Below are positions 63,201 to 64,000 of a stretch of DNA of 64,000 nucleotides, piece after piece. Both the position numbers and the translations under genes were made by a program. Below the pieces are notes generated by a model. It saw nothing but the letters and a program-made list of their open reading frames with translations. It was not told the DNA's origin and searched no databases. Source of the stretch: Heteronotia binoei (Eukaryota); NCBI RefSeq assembly GCF_032191835.1, contig NC_083224.1, positions 1,240,001 to 1,304,000 on the forward strand, written 5' to 3'. Position 1 is the first letter of the stretch, and the number at the start of each line of letters is the position of its first letter.

Positions 63201-63790
63201 GCACTGACCTTAAACAGGTGTGGGTGTTTGATGTACAGCCTGCCTCTGGTTCCTCCCATCCCAAGGGCCCTGGAGCAGGAAAACCAAGAGAGAGATCCCA
63301 TTTTTGCAACGGGACAGATCCACACTCTTCTTTACCACCCGGACATCTGTGTGGCTCAGGCCAGCCCCTCCCCCAGCATTCACTCACTTGTTTGCTCTTG
63401 AGCCAAGAACGAAGGCCGTGCCCTCCGTGATCCGCGAGGGATTCCACTGCAGGGCGAGAGGAAGGGAAGTGCTCTTTCAACTGCACAGGTGGGAAGAGGA
63501 GTCCCTACCGGGGGTGGGGAGTTAAAGCTCTCCCCTCCTGCCCTGGCCCCCCTCTGGAAAGCAGATGCTGAGAGGTCAAGTGGTGCGCTGAATCGAACCC
63601 ACAGTCCATCCAGGCTCACCTGCCGTTTCTGGGCCTAGCCCCCTTCCCTCCTTTTGCCCCCTGGCGGCATCAGGCAACCAGCCTCTCTGCCCGCGTGGGG
63701 CTCCCCCCTTGCGGAGAGGAGGCTCCCTCTCACCCGTGCCTCACCTTGGGCCCGTCCCTTTGCAGCGGCTCGCAGGACTTGGTTTTCCAC
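60136..63790 (-). CDS. DNTTIP1: Deoxynucleotidyltransferase terminal-interacting protein 1 (MiDAC subunit), last six coding exons; 5' part lies beyond the window
   Basis: Exons 63790-63745, 63446-63388, 63269-63209, 61457-61386, 60488-60433, 60280-60136 are phase-consistent. WKTKSCEP, FVLGSRANKALGMGGTRGRLYIKHPHLFKYAADPQDKHWLAEQ, AYLLLEEDI, LDLKLEELK, KMRKYME. Confidence 0.95.
60433..60488 (-). CDS. DNTTIP1: DNTTIP1 exon (56 nt)
   Basis: AYLLLEEDIQDLVASDEY. Confidence 0.94.
60564..61230 (+). mobile_element. CORE-SINE fragment followed by an L2 LINE 3' end
   Basis: LWDRLSPYELPPPRALRSAAQHLLLVPAPKDAWLASTRDRAFSVQAPTWWNELLLEIRALRDLSRFRRACKTEFFRQ resembles the L2 ORF2 C-terminus. Confidence 0.75.
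61386..61457 (-). CDS. DNTTIP1: DNTTIP1 exon (72 nt)
   Basis: YAADPQDKHWLAEQQHMRATGGKM. Confidence 0.95.
61738..62420 (-). mobile_element. Stacked CR1 3' ends (DNTTIP1 intron)
   Basis: Two longer truncated units, 67-bp units and a (TG)/(TA) microsatellite, then ORF2-end sequence. Confidence 0.82.
63209..63269 (-). CDS. DNTTIP1: DNTTIP1 exon (61 nt)
   Basis: ALGMGGTRGRLYIKHPHLFK; donor GTCAGT. Confidence 0.94.
63388..63446 (-). CDS. DNTTIP1: DNTTIP1 exon (59 nt)
   Basis: WNPSRITEGTAFVLGSRAN; CAG/GTGAGT. Confidence 0.92.
63745..63790 (-). CDS. DNTTIP1: DNTTIP1 exon (46 nt)
   Basis: WKTKSCEPLQRDGPK; TAG/GTGAGG. Confidence 0.9.
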
Positions 63791-64000
63791 CTAGCAGGAG
63801 AAAGAAGCCTCTGGTTGGCGTGGCTTCCAGGGCGGAACCAGGGAAAGGGGCTCTGGCAGGGCTGCTCCCCAAGGAGGCTCCCCCTGCCTGAACCCGGCTC
63901 CTTCCTCCTCCACCTGCATAAGAGCTGATTAGCTCAGCACCAACCCCAGCTGCCAGAATCGACGCCAGCATTTGTGGCCCAGCATCTCTTGGCACAGCCT

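Noticed and set aside
63620-63707. Cryptic minus-strand exon (CAG|GTGAGC donor) in a DNTTIP1 intron
   Set aside because: 88 nt would shift the frame, and the flanking true exons already join in phase.

Overview
Eukaryotic (vertebrate) genomic DNA, not prokaryotic. The CR1/L2 LINE and SINE content points to a squamate reptile, probably a gecko (inference). It is GC-rich and gene-dense, and carries the conserved amniote block ZSWIM3(-), ACOT8(+), SNX21(-), TNNC2(+), UBE2C(-) and the 3' part of DNTTIP1(-). I reconstructed the exons by hand from GT-AG sites, phase continuity and recalled human orthologue sequences. There is one 100-N gap (23357-23456). Two signals stand out. (1) Four retroposon families (two CR1 3' ends, a CORE-type SINE and a tRNA-head SINE) form head-to-tail multimers or minisatellites of up to about 60 units. 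They have microhomology junctions that recur at separate loci, and some show higher-order repeat structure. By rough tally they cover a quarter to a third of the window and sandwich the UBE2C promoter. (2) UBE2C carries five single-base indels in exons 3-4: two compensating pairs plus one net frameshift before the catalytic Cys. This is most likely a local assembly error, but it needs checking. Other candidates: a foldback-like element in SNX21 intron 1, overlapping ACOT8/SNX21 3' ends, a GC-rich tandem repeat between the ZSWIM3 start codon and its promoter, muscle enhancers around TNNC2, and an unusual Trp in troponin C. Most ORFs in the supplied track are shadows of GC-rich CDS or of repeats.
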